A stretch of 64,000 bases of DNA from Scyliorhinus canicula (GCF_902713615.1 NW_024055843.1:270200-334199); one strand, 5' to 3'. Shown: positions 1 through 12,935, numbered from the stretch's first letter. The notes: generated by a model from the sequence alone, not told the origin. A program made the numbers and translations.

Positions 1-159
1 ATTCTAACAGAAATAACAGCGATAATGACAATCAGAGTCAGCCTCATATTAAACAATCAAAATGATCTCTAAAATAATCATTGTAATTTTACCAATAATA
101 ACATCTGGGTTACAGCAGTCAGGAAGACAATGGGGTGTTGCTGGGAAGGAAATACTTAC

Positions 160-205
160 TGAGAAGTGAGATAACGATGAGGAGCGAAGCGAGATGGTTC
201 CTCAT
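160..205 (-). CDS. Antigen-receptor V-gene leader exon (MRNHLASLLIVISLL); its V exon would lie beyond the left window edge
   Basis: ATG at 205, 46-nt hydrophobic exon ending in phase 1, GTAAGT donor at 159-154; same geometry as the other leaders in the window. Confidence 0.75.
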
Positions 206-1527
206 GATCCTTCTTGAGTTTGTAATTCTGCAATTAGATAATCCTGCTGTCAGAACAGAATACAGATCCCCGTTCACCGCCTGCTGATCCGACCAATGAG
301 AGGAATGAACCAGCAGCAGCAATCTCTCCACAATTAGGTCAGAGTGAGAGCAGCAACCGGAAGCTGTGGGCGGGGATACCGCAGTCTGAATATTGAGTGA
401 AGTGTGCGGTGACTCTCAGCTGCACTCGGAACTGATGGAGCGGAAATAGCGACAGTTGAATCTTCACTACACCGTGACCATCCTGCACCTGTCATCGTGC
501 AAGTCACTGAGAAGAAATAGATCGGGAGGACATGACGGACTAGAATCTAGAATCTTCGAGTCAGGGATGAGGCCACACGATCATATATTGCCCGAGACAC
601 TTTGAAATCGGTTATCTTATTCTTCTTTCAAAAACAGCTTTTTCTATATACCCCGGTAATTCATATACACCTGTAATTCCCTTTAGATTTCCTTCTAAAA
701 GTTTATTGTTGAATCTTCTCCTTTATTTAGACACGTCTCTATAGTTTAGCAAAGCGCAGTGTCCCTCTTCATGCGGTCAACTGTCAGCCTGGAGGGAGCA
801 GCGGGAAACGTGTGACCATGTCGCCCTCTGGTGGATATAATCAGAACTTGACACCGTTCGGACACTTGATGAAAATAGAAACTCAGAATATCAATTTTAG
901 GGGAATTAACGCAGAAGGAGAAATATACACAAAGCCTGCAGCTTGTCGACAAATATCATCGACACCAGTTGAACAGAGGGGAAATATAAGTTATATTGCA
1001 GCATGATTGTTGTGGTTTGTTGTTGTTCATTGTGCAGCTCAGAACGGGAAATACCGACAGGCAGGCAGCTGGGAATTTTCCTTCTTAAATTCATTTGATT
1101 ATTGTTGTTATGTCCTGGTAAGTGTTGCGCAAGCCTGGACATTCACACGACAGCATTTCTTTAGAAATTGGACGCGACACAAACGCACACTGCCAATTGT
1201 ACTGGTATATTTTCATATTAGAATGAGTATAATTTATATTCAAGAGGAAATCCATCCACATAGAACTAGCACAATAGGTTAATAGCTGGCCTGTAATGCA
1301 GAGCAATGCTCGCAGCGCGGGTTCAATTCCCGCTACTGGCCTTCTCGAGCAGGCGCCTGGAAGATGGAGACTAGGGGCTTTCACAGTAACTTCATTAAAG
1401 CCTGCTTGTTATTATTCTTAAATGTAAGAGGTATAACGACAAGCAAGGTGGATCCGCTGGTGAGAGATCTTCGACCCCCCTCTGACTAGTAACATCGCTG
1501 ATGTGTTATGTGCATAAACGCTTTGAC

Positions 1528-1565
1528 AGTTTTTGTACAGGTTCAGCGGGTTCTGTGTGTCTGTG
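1528..1565 (-). other. Recombination signal sequence of V1 (CACAGAC, 22-nt spacer, ACAAAAACT)
   Basis: Heptamer 1565-1559, nonamer 1536-1528, abutting the V 3' end. Confidence 0.85.
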
Positions 1566-1872
1566 GGTCTCAGTGCGCAGTAATACACCGCACAGTCAGT
1601 CAGTTGTGCCTTAGAGACTTTCAGCGGAACGGTCCGACCAGATTCATGGAGCTTCGCTGAAAAGCGGTTCTCTGGAATGCCCTCCGTTTTCTCGCTGTAT
1701 CTGTTCCTCTGCAACAAGTACTCCAAGGAGCCGCTGGGATACTGACGGTACCAATACAGGTAAGGAACATCGTTGCTTGTAGATGTGAAATTACAGAACA
1801 ATTCAATGTCACCTCCTTCATGGACTGAGGTTTCAGCTGGTGTCTGTGAAACCGAATCTCCTCGGCAATAAC
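1566..1872 (-). CDS. TCR alpha/delta V exon (V1)
   Basis: TTATAG acceptor, then GYCRGDSVSQTP...LFCNF...WYRQYP...RFSAKL...DCAVYYCALRP; open frame with conserved Cys, Trp and YYC; RSS follows directly. Confidence 0.93.
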
Positions 1873-2247
1873 CTATAAGAGCCCAGAGCGATAGTAAATT
1901 AAACAATGTCGCTCCATTATCTATCCCCATTATCAGCCGATCACTCCCAACAGTTACCAGGAATTAAAGGAAAGTGTTAGAAGAAAGACATTCCCTACAA
2001 AATGTGAGTCAAGGAGGAGGGGTTTGAACAACTTTCAGCACTTTCCAGCGGGGTAAGATTAGGGGCAGTGGGGGAGAATGCGAATTCCCAGAAGAGTTTT
2101 CAATGTTAAGTTCAGATCAGTCTGAATGATTGTGTTCTCTGCACACAGAATCAAGGTGTGGATATTTCTGTGTTCTCTATATTGGCCGCCTAAATATAAA
2201 GTTATGAGATAGATGTGAACGCAGAGTTACATAGCATTCGAACTTAC

Positions 2248-2297
2248 CATTAAGACAGCAGCGCTGTAAAGAATAAGGAAAAACTGACAGTGAACAT
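2248..2297 (-). pseudogene. Defective leader exon of V1
   Basis: ATG-MFTVSFSLFFTALLS then TAA; exon is 50 nt (phase 2) before GTAAGT, so it does not match the phase-1 V exon. Confidence 0.65.
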
Positions 2298-3282
2298 GTT
2301 CACACCAGTGATGATGGCGGGGTTTGACGAGGCTTCTTCCACCTGAAATAGTTAATTCCAGAATAGGGTGAAAGGTTGACTCATATCCAGCCTCTTTGCG
2401 GATTGGCTAGTTCTTGACAGAGACAGCAGCGGATAACCATCAACCATTATTCTTCAAATCAGCCAATCAACTCGAGTTTCTGTGTTCTTTGATTCGTGAC
2501 GCGTCATGCGGGAGGAGAAAACAGTGAATTGACCTAAAATTCTCACCGAGTGGAAATTGTTCCGTTCGAATTGGTTATTATTTGATCCGTCCTATTGATT
2601 AGAAGGCGGTGAACTTCCACAGGAGGACATGCTTGTTAAATAATTCTAAAAGTGTTCTCTCACATCTAGGAACTGTTTGTGTAGAGAGTCCACGGTTCGC
2701 CCATGAATATATCAAGTCGGTGACATATTTAATGTGGCATCAGTGCCGGGATTAACATTAATCTTTCTGCTGTATCCCGCTGCTGTTGTATATTTGTCAC
2801 GGATTGTATGTTGTGAATATCAATCTTCACACCGACAGTGTTCCTCTGACCAGACGGCACGCAAATAGTTTCAGTTCAGAACTTATTTATTCAAGCTATG
2901 GCAGGGGAGCTAAACACCCACAAGGTGATTTATCAGCACCCGGATCATAGAGAATACAGAACAATTATATTTTTCATATATTTCAGGTAATTAACATACA
3001 CTAACAATGCACAGTGGGTAAAACTGCAGGCTCGTAGCCGTCAGGGACCCGGGTTCAAGTTCCGCCCTTGCGTGACTGTCTGTGTGGAGTTTTCACATTT
3101 TGTGTGGACTTCCTTCCGGTGCTCCGGGTTTCTTCCATAGATGTGCAGGTTAGGTGCAGTTACAGGGCGGACGATTGGGCCGAAGGTAGGATGGTCTTTC
3201 TAAGTATCCCTGCAGGACTAGTTAGGCCGAATGGCCTCTTTTTCCATTGTGGGGATTCTATGACACAAACAGCAGATGACAT

Positions 3283-3610
3283 TGGGCAGCACGGTAGCAC
3301 AAGTGGTTAGCACTGTGGCTTCACTGGCACCAGGGTACCAGTTTCGATCCCCCGCTGGGTGACCTGTGCGGAATTTGCATGTTCTCACCGTGTCTGCGTG
3401 GGTTTCCTCCCGGGTGCTCCGGTTTCCTCCCATTGTCCAAAGATGTGCGGGTTAGGTGGATTGGCCATGCTAAATTTGCCCTTAGTGTCCAAAAATGATT
3501 AGGAGGGGTTATTGGGTTACGGAGTAGGGTGGAAGTGAGGGTTTGAGTGGGTCGGTGCAGACTCGATGGGCCAAATGGCCTCCTTCTGCACTGTATGTTC
3601 TATGATCTGT
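3283..3610 (+). mobile_element. HE1-like tRNA-derived SINE (a second degraded copy lies at about 3005-3260)
   Basis: Head GGGCAGCACGGTAGCACAAGTGGTTAGCACTG, core GGGTTTCCTCCCGGGTGCTCCGGTTTCCTCCC, and a CR1-like tail GATGGGCCAAATGGCCTCCTTCTGCACTG. Confidence 0.85.
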
Positions 3611-3978
3611 GACAACCTCTCAACGTGTCGTTCCCTTGTTTGCAATCCAGAGCAAAGCTCTTTGTTTTCTGATTAATTATAATAATGTAGAGGGAATTAA
3701 GTTGTTCTCCTCACAGTAGGAACGAGGATTTAGTAAAGACAATGTTGGGCGCTGAATAGGATCAGTCTTTGAGGTGGGATAGCGAAGTGACATTTAGTAT
3801 CTTTGTTTTGTCAGCGCTCGAGATGCCCTCAAAGTAATCTGCTCAGTGGCGGCGTAAAGCAGAAAGAGTGCTGGATTGAATAACACAAACAGGTATACAG
3901 CAAAACTGATCTACATATTGTGATTTCTCATATGATATCAGCTCACAGTCAATGAGAGGATGTGAAGAGTGCCTTGTC

Positions 3979-4017
3979 AGTTTTTGTATGGACTGACTGT
4001 GTCTCTGCAACAGTGTG
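3979..4017 (-). other. 23-RSS of V2 (CACACTG, 23 nt, ACAAAAACT)
   Basis: Heptamer 4017-4011, nonamer 3987-3979. Confidence 0.88.
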
Positions 4018-4323
4018 GGTCTCAGAGCACAGAGATACACAGCAGAGTCAGACACACGGACCCCGGTGATAGTTAAAGGAACTGTTTTTTGCTCCTGGTC
4101 CAAACGAGCAGAAAAACGGTCGGGAAAATGTGACGACTTGTCCCCCTCCGCCTTGCCGTACTTTCTTAGTAAATATCTCGGAGATTCCCCTGGATACTGG
4201 ATGTACCAGAAGAGGTAGGGATAGGTAGCGGTTGTGGAGTAATTGCAGTTCAATATTATCGTGTGTCCCTCCTGAACCGTCACATCAGGCGGATCCTGGG
4301 AAACTGAATCCTTGCCTCTGTTC
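4018..4323 (-). CDS. TCR alpha/delta V exon (V2); functionality uncertain
   Basis: DSVSQDPP...ILNCNYS...YLFWYIQYPG...RFSARLD...DSAVYLCALRP open; the canonical TTTCAG acceptor is one phase off from the leader. Confidence 0.9.
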
Positions 4324-4404
4324 CTGAAATAAAGAACAGCCTGTGTTATACAATTGGGAGTAAACATGATCAATGGACAGAGACGTATTGAACCGTCGAC
4401 TCAC

Positions 4405-4450
4405 CGGGTAGCAGAACCATGATTATCAGTAAAGGATATACGCAGCACAT
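4405..4450 (-). CDS. Leader exon of V2 (MCCVYPLLIIMVLLP)
   Basis: 46 nt, phase 1, GTGAGT donor, 81-nt intron. Confidence 0.85.
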
Positions 4451-4729
4451 GGTATGTGGTGTTCAGTTCGACTAGCATAACAGAATGGTTTAAACTGCGG
4501 AACTTTTTATTCTCATATTTAAAAGTAAAAACAGACCACGGATTACTGCCCTTAGTCAGACACTGAGGGTGCTGCTCAGGACGGGGATTGGCAGATTTTT
4601 AAAAAACAGATACGAACTGTCAACCAATCAGCATCACTCGTGTGAAATTAACTGATCCATTCTCACCTGCTTCCGCTTGACGTCCGCCAGAGGATATCGC
4701 TCTCCTCACCCCATCTCTCTTTGTGCATA

Positions 4730-5765
4730 CATACAGGCGCAGTCACACACACTCACACACACAGAGACACACATAGACAGGCACACGCACACTTTCTCAC
4801 ACACAGACACCCATACTCGGACACAAAAACAGACATACATGCAGACACACACACAAACAAGCACAGACATACGCTCACCGACAGACACACACAGACATAA
4901 ACATACACAAATAAACACGCAACAGACAAAAGCACAGGCAAACAGGCACCCATATGAACACGCATACAGATACACACAAACAAACACACAAATAAAACAA
5001 CGCACAGGAAAACACAACACATTCAGGGACACAGACACTGACGCACACAGACACATACCCATTATACACACACGCATTCGCAAAAACGGACACAAGGGCA
5101 AAGAGACAATACAGACACAAGGAAACATACACACAAACAGAGACAAGCAGGCACAGGCGCAGACGCATCTATGAGGCACCGGCAGACACACACAGACGTA
5201 CACATAAACACAGACACCAAATGGACACACACACACATACATAAACACACGTAGACACACTGACACCGGCACAGCACACATCACACACATACACAGACAA
5301 ACACAAGGACAGACACACATAAGGACAGACACAGACACACGCACCTACATATATCATAGGATACAGACAGACAAAAACACACGCACTAAGACAGAGATAA
5401 ACAGACCTGCCAACACACACAGATACAAATAAAACAACACCAAGCAAGTACAAACACAGGTAGTTACACACACATACACTCACACACACTGGCACACACA
5501 CATTCGCACACACAGACACACATGCAGGCACGTAGAAACACAAAGACAGGCAAACATGCACAAGCACAAACGAACCAGCAGACATTCACAGATACAAACA
5601 CAGTCATAATCATAAACACTGACACACAGGCACACACACAGGCACGCACAAACATACACAAAAAACAAAGGCACACACAAACAAAACACAGACAAACGCG
5701 TACACAGACGCACACAGATATATACGCACACAAAATAACAGGCAATTAAAAACTCAGATACACAC
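4730..5765. repeat. CA-rich low-complexity tract
   Basis: Degenerate (CA)n; the many overlapping HT/CV-rich ORFs here are artefacts. Confidence 0.95.
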
Positions 5766-5769
5766 AGAA

Positions 5770-6590
5770 CACATGCTCAAAGAAACTTCCCCCTCCCTCG
5801 GCTTATTTTGGTTGTTGCGTGGCTGATGAGCCAGATCCTAGAGCAGCATCTTCAATCACTCACTTGGCAGGAGTTTCCAAAAAGTGGCATCGTGCTCGGA
5901 CGCTCAGTCGCAGGCATTGGTTTCTTAGGCTCCTTTCCCGGGCCTCCCCTTGCCGTCGGGTGTTCTCGAAGAATTGTGACTCTTCAATCAGGAGGTACCG
6001 CCAAATAGGTCTCTTCTGAGCAAAGGATTCCCAAAAATTGACTTCCATGTTCCATTTCTTGAGGTAAGCCTGCAAGGTGTCTTTTAAGAACATACTTTGT
6101 CCTCCTCTTGTTCGGGATCCTTCCTTGAGTTGGGTGATGAAGATTTGTTCAGGCAGTCGGGACCGTGAAATCATATGGACCGGACAGCGGAGTTGTCTTT
6201 GGATGATCATGACCTCGATACTGGTGCTTTTGACTCCTTGAAGGACACTAATGTTAACATGTCTGTCATTCCAGCTGATTCGCAGATAAAGTGCGTTTGG
6301 ATTTTGCGATTTACTTTAAGCTGAGTTGTTTACGCGTAGCACTGATGCCATGTTTATCCTTCGAAGCCTCAGTGATTATTTCAAATGGTTCAACAAAGTT
6401 TGCTGCCGTAGTTGACACATACAAGCCTCCTGTAAGCTAAAGTGATCTATCGGTCTGACAGGGTTTGCAGCGAGTCGATCACCCACCTTACCAGTGTATG
6501 ATGCCAGAGGAGATGTGTGCCAGGATGCTGCGCTTCAGCAGCTGCTTCTCTCGGACCTTGAGCTTGTCAATTAACACTAGTCAACACTCC
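5770..6590 (-). mobile_element. RTE-clade LINE 3' fragment, degenerate
   Basis: ORF 5860-6210 (RLPEQIFITQLKEGSRTRGGQ..KDTLQAYLK..WESFAQKRPIWR) matches the RTE RT C-terminal pattern. Confidence 0.7.
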
Positions 6591-7339
6591 CCTTCCCTCC
6601 CTCCATTCCTTCTTCCCTCCCCCCTCTTCACATCATCCCTCCAACTCTTCCCTCCCTCCCCTTCCCGCGCTGCCTCCCACAAATATACACAGCCGTTGTG
6701 TTTAAGTCAGAAAATATATTTTATTGCATGAAATTTGAAACGGTGAAGTCGTTTTATCTCATTGTTCATTTGAGAAAGTCAAACGGTAAGTTAAATGTTA
6801 AGTGGTTTCAAACTTCTGTATTTCGAAAATTATTCTTGGTCATAAATGTTTGACATTAAACTTTACAAGCTTCTACAAATGTCTTACTGACACATCAGAA
6901 CAAAGCATATAATTGAGATAATTATAAATGAAGAAGATAATGAAAGTAAACAAGGCAGAAACATTTAACACGGTGGCACAATGGTTAGCACTGATGCCTC
7001 ACGACAATAGAGACCCGTCTTCAATTCTGACCTTGGTTGATGTGTGGTGTTTGTGCATTCTCCCCGTGCCTGCATGGGTTTCCTAGAACCTGGAATAGAA
7101 CCATCGACTGGAGCCAATCAGTACATCAAGTCTGCACTGACCCTCTGAAAGAGTACACTACCTGTGTCCACTCCCTCGCCCTATCTCCGATACGTAACCT
7201 GTGCATCTGAAGTCGGAAGGGCAGGTGATTGGGGTGGTGAAAAATGCATATGGTACACTTGCCTTTCTCAATCGTGGCATAGATTGTTAAAGCAAGGATC
7301 TCATGTTACATTTATATAGCGCATAGTTCAGAGGAGAAG

Positions 7340-10300
7340 TCACACCCGGGTGTGGTATATCTGCTGGTTAATGAACCCGGCAGAAGAAAGTGGAGGACTT
7401 GGCCAAGGACTTGATTGAGACCTGTGGCGCAGTAGCAGTGGAAGGATCGCGGAGGCGGGAGCGCCAGTGCAAGTAGCAAAACCCCACAGGGAACAGTTGA
7501 ATACCTTTATCAAGGAAGAGTTCTGCCAGCAGAGGAAGAAGATGCAGGAGGATGGCTCGAAGGCCATAGATGGGGCTGTGACTCCCCAAAGGGATCGATG
7601 GAGAGCGTGGAGCAATGCTGGGGGGTACAGAGGTCGCCGATACAAGAGATTGAGAAGGTGATGTCGGGCCACAACGATCGGGTGGTGGCATTGAAGGCGG
7701 AGGTGGAAGTCTTAGGAGACCTTTGTAAGAGCAAAGGTGGAGGAGCAGGAAAGTAAGTCGAGAAGGCAGAATCTGTGGATAGTGGGCCTGCCTGAAGGAA
7801 TGGAAGGTGCGAGTACGGCAAGGTACGTTTCAACGATGCTGGCGGGTCTGGTGGTGGAGGGGGTGCTGGGCAAGGCCCCTGAGGTGAACAGAGAGCATTG
7901 GTCTTTGGGGCAGAGGCTTAGAGGCAGGAGCCGCTGCGGGCGGTGATCAGGAGGTCCCACAAGTTCGTCGAGAGGGAGAAGATTCTGCAGTCAGCTGGCG
8001 AGAAGCGGAACTGCGAATTGGAGAGCAACAAGGCCCTAATAAACCAGAACATGGGAGCTAAGCTGGCAAAACGGCGTGTGGGTTTAACGCAGCCAGGGCG
8101 GTGCTGCATCGACAGCGGATCAGGGTTGGGGTGCTATACCCGCCGAAACTATGGCTACCTATGAATACCCGGAATGCTATTTTGAGACTCCAGAAGCGGC
8201 CAATGACTTTATCAAGGAGCATAAGCTGAGGATCACTGAACTGAACAATTTTGGGACGAGGTGCTGGTACTTTGAAGTAATTGAGATGGGTTAGAGCGGG
8301 GGTTGGAGGGAGGGGTGGGTTTCTTTTACTCCGATTTTTACTGTTGGGTTGACTAACCGTAGCAGGGGTGAAAGGTTTGAAAGGGGATGGCTGCCCCCAC
8401 TCCCTTCCTCCCCCCCCCCCCCCACCCCACCCCATCCTGCTGCCTCGGGCTGTATTGTTTTTGTTTGACTTTGGGGAGGTGACCTGTGGTTCGAGATGAG
8501 TCGAGATGGGTGGAGGAGGGGGAGTTTACCGAGAACTTTTTTCACAGAACAGAGAGGTGAGGGCGGGGGATGAGGGTAGTGGGGGGGGGGGGGGCAGTCG
8601 GAGGAGCCTTTGGGAACGAGTTTCCACGCTGGTAGGTAATGCTGGTCAACGGAAATGAGGTGGGGGGAAGGCTGAAAGAGGTGGCTGTAGGGGGATGGGG
8701 GAGGGGGCGGGGGGTGGGAGAGGGTTGGGGTGGAGGGAGGGTTATGCGAGGTGGTGAGGTTTGATACGAAACATGGGAGGGGGCGCAGAAAAGGGGCGTC
8801 TAGGATGGGCTAGGTACAGGGTGAAATTTTATTTTAATAAAACATTTTACTGAGGTATTTGTGATTTTGTAACAATAACAGAAGAAACCGTGTACATACA
8901 AATATATACATTGTGCAAAGGCCGTCTTCCTCACACACAGATTCCACCTTTCTTACACACTAATCTAAACTAAACTACCCCCCCCCCCCCCCCCCCCCCC
9001 CACCGTTTTTGCTGACAGTTAATTTTGTCTAAAGAAGTCGACGAACGGTTGCCACCTCCGGGCGAACCCTAACGTTGACCCTCTCAAGGCGAACTTGATT
9101 TTCTCCAAATTGAGAAAGCTAGCCATGCCCGATAGGCAGGTCTCCGTCTTCGGGGGCTTTGAGTCCCTCCAAGCTAATAGTATCTGTCTCCGGGCTACCA
9201 GGGAAGCAAAGGCCAGAACGTTTGCCTCTTTCTCCTCCTGGATTCCCAGGTCTTCCAACACTCCGAAAATCGCCACCTCTGGACTCGGCGCCACCCTTGT
9301 TTTAACGCCGTGGAGATGACATCCTCAAACCCCTGCCAGAATCCCCTAAGCTTTGGGTATTCCCAGAACATACGAACCTGGTTTGCTGGTCCTTCCGCAC
9401 ACCTTGCACACCTGTCTTCTGCCCCCAAAAAACCGTCATGTGGGCCCGGTGAACAACCTTAAATTGTATCAGGCTGAGCCTGGCGCATGATGTGGACGCA
9501 TTGACCCTCTTTAACGCATCCGCCCAGAGACCATCCTCTATCTCTCCTCCTAACCCCTCTTCCCATTTGTGTCTCAGCTCCTGGATGTGGGTTTCCTCTG
9601 ACCCCTGTCCCAGCCATACTCTGGAAACTACCCTGTAGTGTATCCCCCTTGGTGGCAGAAGCCGGAAGGTTGAGACCTGCCTGCGTAGGAAGTCCCGTGC
9701 CTGCAGGTACTTAAACTGTATAGGGTGAAATTAACGGGGTTAAAGCTGAAAGGTAGGGATGGCTGACGGTAGAGGCAATGGAGGTGTAAGCCGCCGGTAA
9801 GGCTGATATCATGGAACGTGCGAGCGCTCAATGGACCGGTGAAGATATTTCGGGTCTTTGCATACCGAAGGAGTTTAAAAGTGGGGGGGGGGGGGGGGGG
9901 GGGGGTGTTAGCACGTCTTTCAGCAGGAGATGCTCCTACGCTTGAAGGACCAGGTTAGGCTGAGGAAGGGGTGGGTGGGTCAGGTTTTCCACTCGGGGTT
10001 TGATTCAAAGTCGCGGGTGGTGGCCATGTGGATGAGTAAGAAGACGGGGTTTGAGGGCGCGAAGGAAGTAATAGGCCCGGGTGGGAGATATGTGATAGTG
10101 AGTGGGGTATTAGCAGGTAAGCTGGTGGTATTGGTGAATGTGTATGCACCGACTTGGAACAATGTAGTTTTTATGTGGGTTTCTGGAACGATCCCCGACT
10201 TGACCACGCGCCAGTTGAATATGGGAAGATATTTTAATTGTGTCCTAGAACCGACGGTAGACAGGTCGAGCCCCAGGTCAATGGATAGAATATAAACGGC

Positions 10301-10700
10301 AAAGGAGTTGGGCGGGTCTATAGAAAAGATGGTGATGGTGGACCCGTGGTGCTTCAAGAACCCAGGCGGAAGGGAGCATCCCTTTTTGTCACATATGTAG
10401 GGTTCAGGGTGGTTTTGGATGGGGTGAAGGAGGCAGAGTACACGGCGATAGTAATCTCGGATCATGCGCCCCACTGCCTGGAGATTCAGCTCAGATCGGC
10501 ACGAGAGCAAGCGCCGGGTGGAGGCTCGATTCGGGGTTGTTGCCAGATAGAGGGTATTGGGACAAAGTGCAGACTGTGATTAAAGATTATGCGAGGAGGA
10601 AAAAGCTGCAGGGGCATTCGATAGGTTGACAAAGGGGAAGGTGGTAGGACAGCTGCCAATGCAGGAAGATACGGGCCCTTCAGTTTTTGTCTTCCATGCT
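7340..10700 (+). mobile_element. L1-like LINE, degenerate (ORF1 plus endonuclease part of ORF2), interrupted by an antisense L1-like 3' end
   Basis: ORF1-like SKSRRQNLWIVGLPEGMEG (7737-7946); endonuclease-like SWNVRALNGPVK, LVNVYAP, ISDHAP at 9800-10500. Confidence 0.8.
8829..9717 (-). mobile_element. 5'-truncated L1-like 3' end with a 15-bp target-site duplication
   Basis: ORF2 C-terminus (LVARRQILLAWR...LNLEKIKF..RRWQPF); AATAAA near 8830; flanks GTACAGGGTGAAATT (8814-8828) and GTATAGGGTGAAATT (9718-9732). Confidence 0.8.
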
Positions 10701-12465
10701 GTGTGTCAGTGTAGATCGCTCCCATTCAGGCTTTGTTTAAATGGGCAGATTATCTTATGAGGAAAGGTTGGACAGACTAGCCTTGTATCGGCTGGGGTTT
10801 AGAAGAGGAATAGGCTACTTGATTGAAATGCGGGGGTTGACAAGGTGGCTGTGAAAAGGATATTTCCTCTTGTGGCAGATTCTGGAAGTAAGCTTCACTG
10901 TTTCAAAATAAAGGTCGCCCACCCAAAGCAGAAGTAAGGACATTTTTTTTCCCCATCTTGAACTTTCTTCCTCAAAAGGCCGTGGATGCAAAGCCGTTGA
11001 ATATTCTTGAGGCAGAGGTAGATAGGTTCTCACTGGGCAAGGGGTGAAAGGCTGTCGGAGGTAGGTTTGACAGTGGAGTTGAGGTTGATTTCAGCTCTGC
11101 CGTTACTTAATGATGAAATTCCAATTGGAGATGAGTCAGATCTACACTGTGTGAACTGTTCGATTTCACAGCGTCAGGGACACGGGGTCGAATCTGACCC
11201 TGGCGAGTGATGAATTCCTTACTTGCACAGCGCCGTCGACCAAATCTTTAAACTCGGAGAGTCAGTAGGCAGTGAGCTGATACACCTCTGGGGCTTCTAT
11301 CTGCTAGCTGGCAGGGAAATAGCTCAGATATTCACCCCTCGCAGTGGAAGGGCTGATCCATTGAAGGATGCTTAGATCAGCGCAATGTCCAACAATCTAT
11401 ATTGTCAATGCGTTGAGGCCAGCGGGTCACTGGGCTGATACATAGAATGAACCACATTCACCTGCAGAGGTACATTGCTCAGGTTTTCATAATTGATACT
11501 GGTATGTTGCTCCGATCTACCTTTCATTCATTCACATTCGTTGCATTGCTGCATCATTTTTAATCGCTGTCTGCTTTCCTATTCTCTGTCTGTACTTTTT
11601 AAGGCACAACTATTCCCATCTGTCCTATCGTTTCTTCGGCCCCTCCACCGCATCTTTGTGATTCCTGCTGCCACCTGGAGACTCAGCCTATCTAATTCAC
11701 ACATTCCCTTTAGATCTTGTCATTTCTATGCTATAAGGTGATTTCTACCAGATTTGAAGAATTTTCAAAGTCTCAGTAACCTTTAATTCCTCGATCTGAT
11801 CTTCCCATCCAAGCCTAATATAAAGGAAATAATGATTCGAACAGAAATATGACAGATAAACGAATAGTATATCTCTCTCTCCCTCTCCGATCAAGTTTTC
11901 GGTCTGATTTGATTCTGCAGTTAAGTTTTCTCAGCCAATCCTGGATGTAGTTTGTTGACGGTTTCATAGGAGGTTAATTTGGTTTCCTCTGTGTGTTTGA
12001 GCGGCCATCGACGTCATTTTTTTTACATCGAATTTACAGTGCAGAAGGAGGCCATTCGGCCCATCGAGTCTGCACCGGCTCCTGGAAAGAGCACCCTACC
12101 CAAGGTTAACACATCCACCCTATCCCCAAAACCCAGTAACCCCACCCAACACTAAGGGGAATTTTGGTCACTAAGGGCAATTTATCATGACCAATCCACC
12201 TAACCTGCACATCTTTGGACTTTGGACACATTTTCTGATCCCAATCTCCCCGTCCAATGAAACAATCTCAAATCTGCCTGTGATTTCCTCAGATAAGATT
12301 TGAATGAGTTTCCGTGATCACCCGAATCTCTTTGACCAACAATATTAAATCTCTGAGGATGAAGACAGTCAGTAAGTGAGCACAGTCTCTGGTGTGAGGG
12401 AGAATCAGTGAGGGAGAATCAGCGGTTTTATCTGATCTGCTCCACTCGGTCATTGTGCATGTTGT

Positions 12466-12786
12466 TTAATTTAAAGACGGCTCACGAAGAACATTAATAT
12501 CATTGCCATGTGGGTGGCCTGTTAACACGGAGCTATTCGCTCTGAGCGGGAGATTTCCTTCGGTTGCTATTGTAATTGAAACAATATACTGATTGGACAT
12601 TCGCGTATTTGCGATTACGGTCACACATCTCTCAGTGGAGGTTTCCACAGAGAGGTCCCAGGATATTTTCTCGATTATGTTAATCTGCGCCCTCAGTTCA
12701 TTTGCCTCGTCGTTAAGACTCCTCGCATAAAAGCAAATGCAAACCAGCCTTGCCATATTGCCTTGTGTCTTCACTCTGCCTCCCAC
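12466..12786 (-). mobile_element. Degenerate CR1 endonuclease N-terminal fragment
   Basis: LVCICFYARSLNDEANELRAQI..WD..VET resembles LKVLYLNARSVRNKVDELVAQI in the intact copy at 29288. Confidence 0.55.
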
Positions 12787-12935
12787 GCTGATTTGGTATT
12801 TGTCCTCTATTTGGCTGTTTATGACCCTGAGAAAAGTTTAACCAAACATACCCTGATGGACAAGCCAGTTCCAGTGAATAGAGCGAATGAGTGAATTGAT
12901 CATGGTCAGTGATTCTGGAGCTCGACTCAGCGGCT

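Noticed and set aside
4677-5749. Many long overlapping ORFs rich in H/T or C/V
   Set aside because: Products of the CA/TG low-complexity tract; the same applies to 24709-25525 and 38630-40024
11260-11470. Possible V remnant after a CTCTGCAG acceptor on the minus strand
   Set aside because: No recognisable Cys/Trp framework or RSS in any frame
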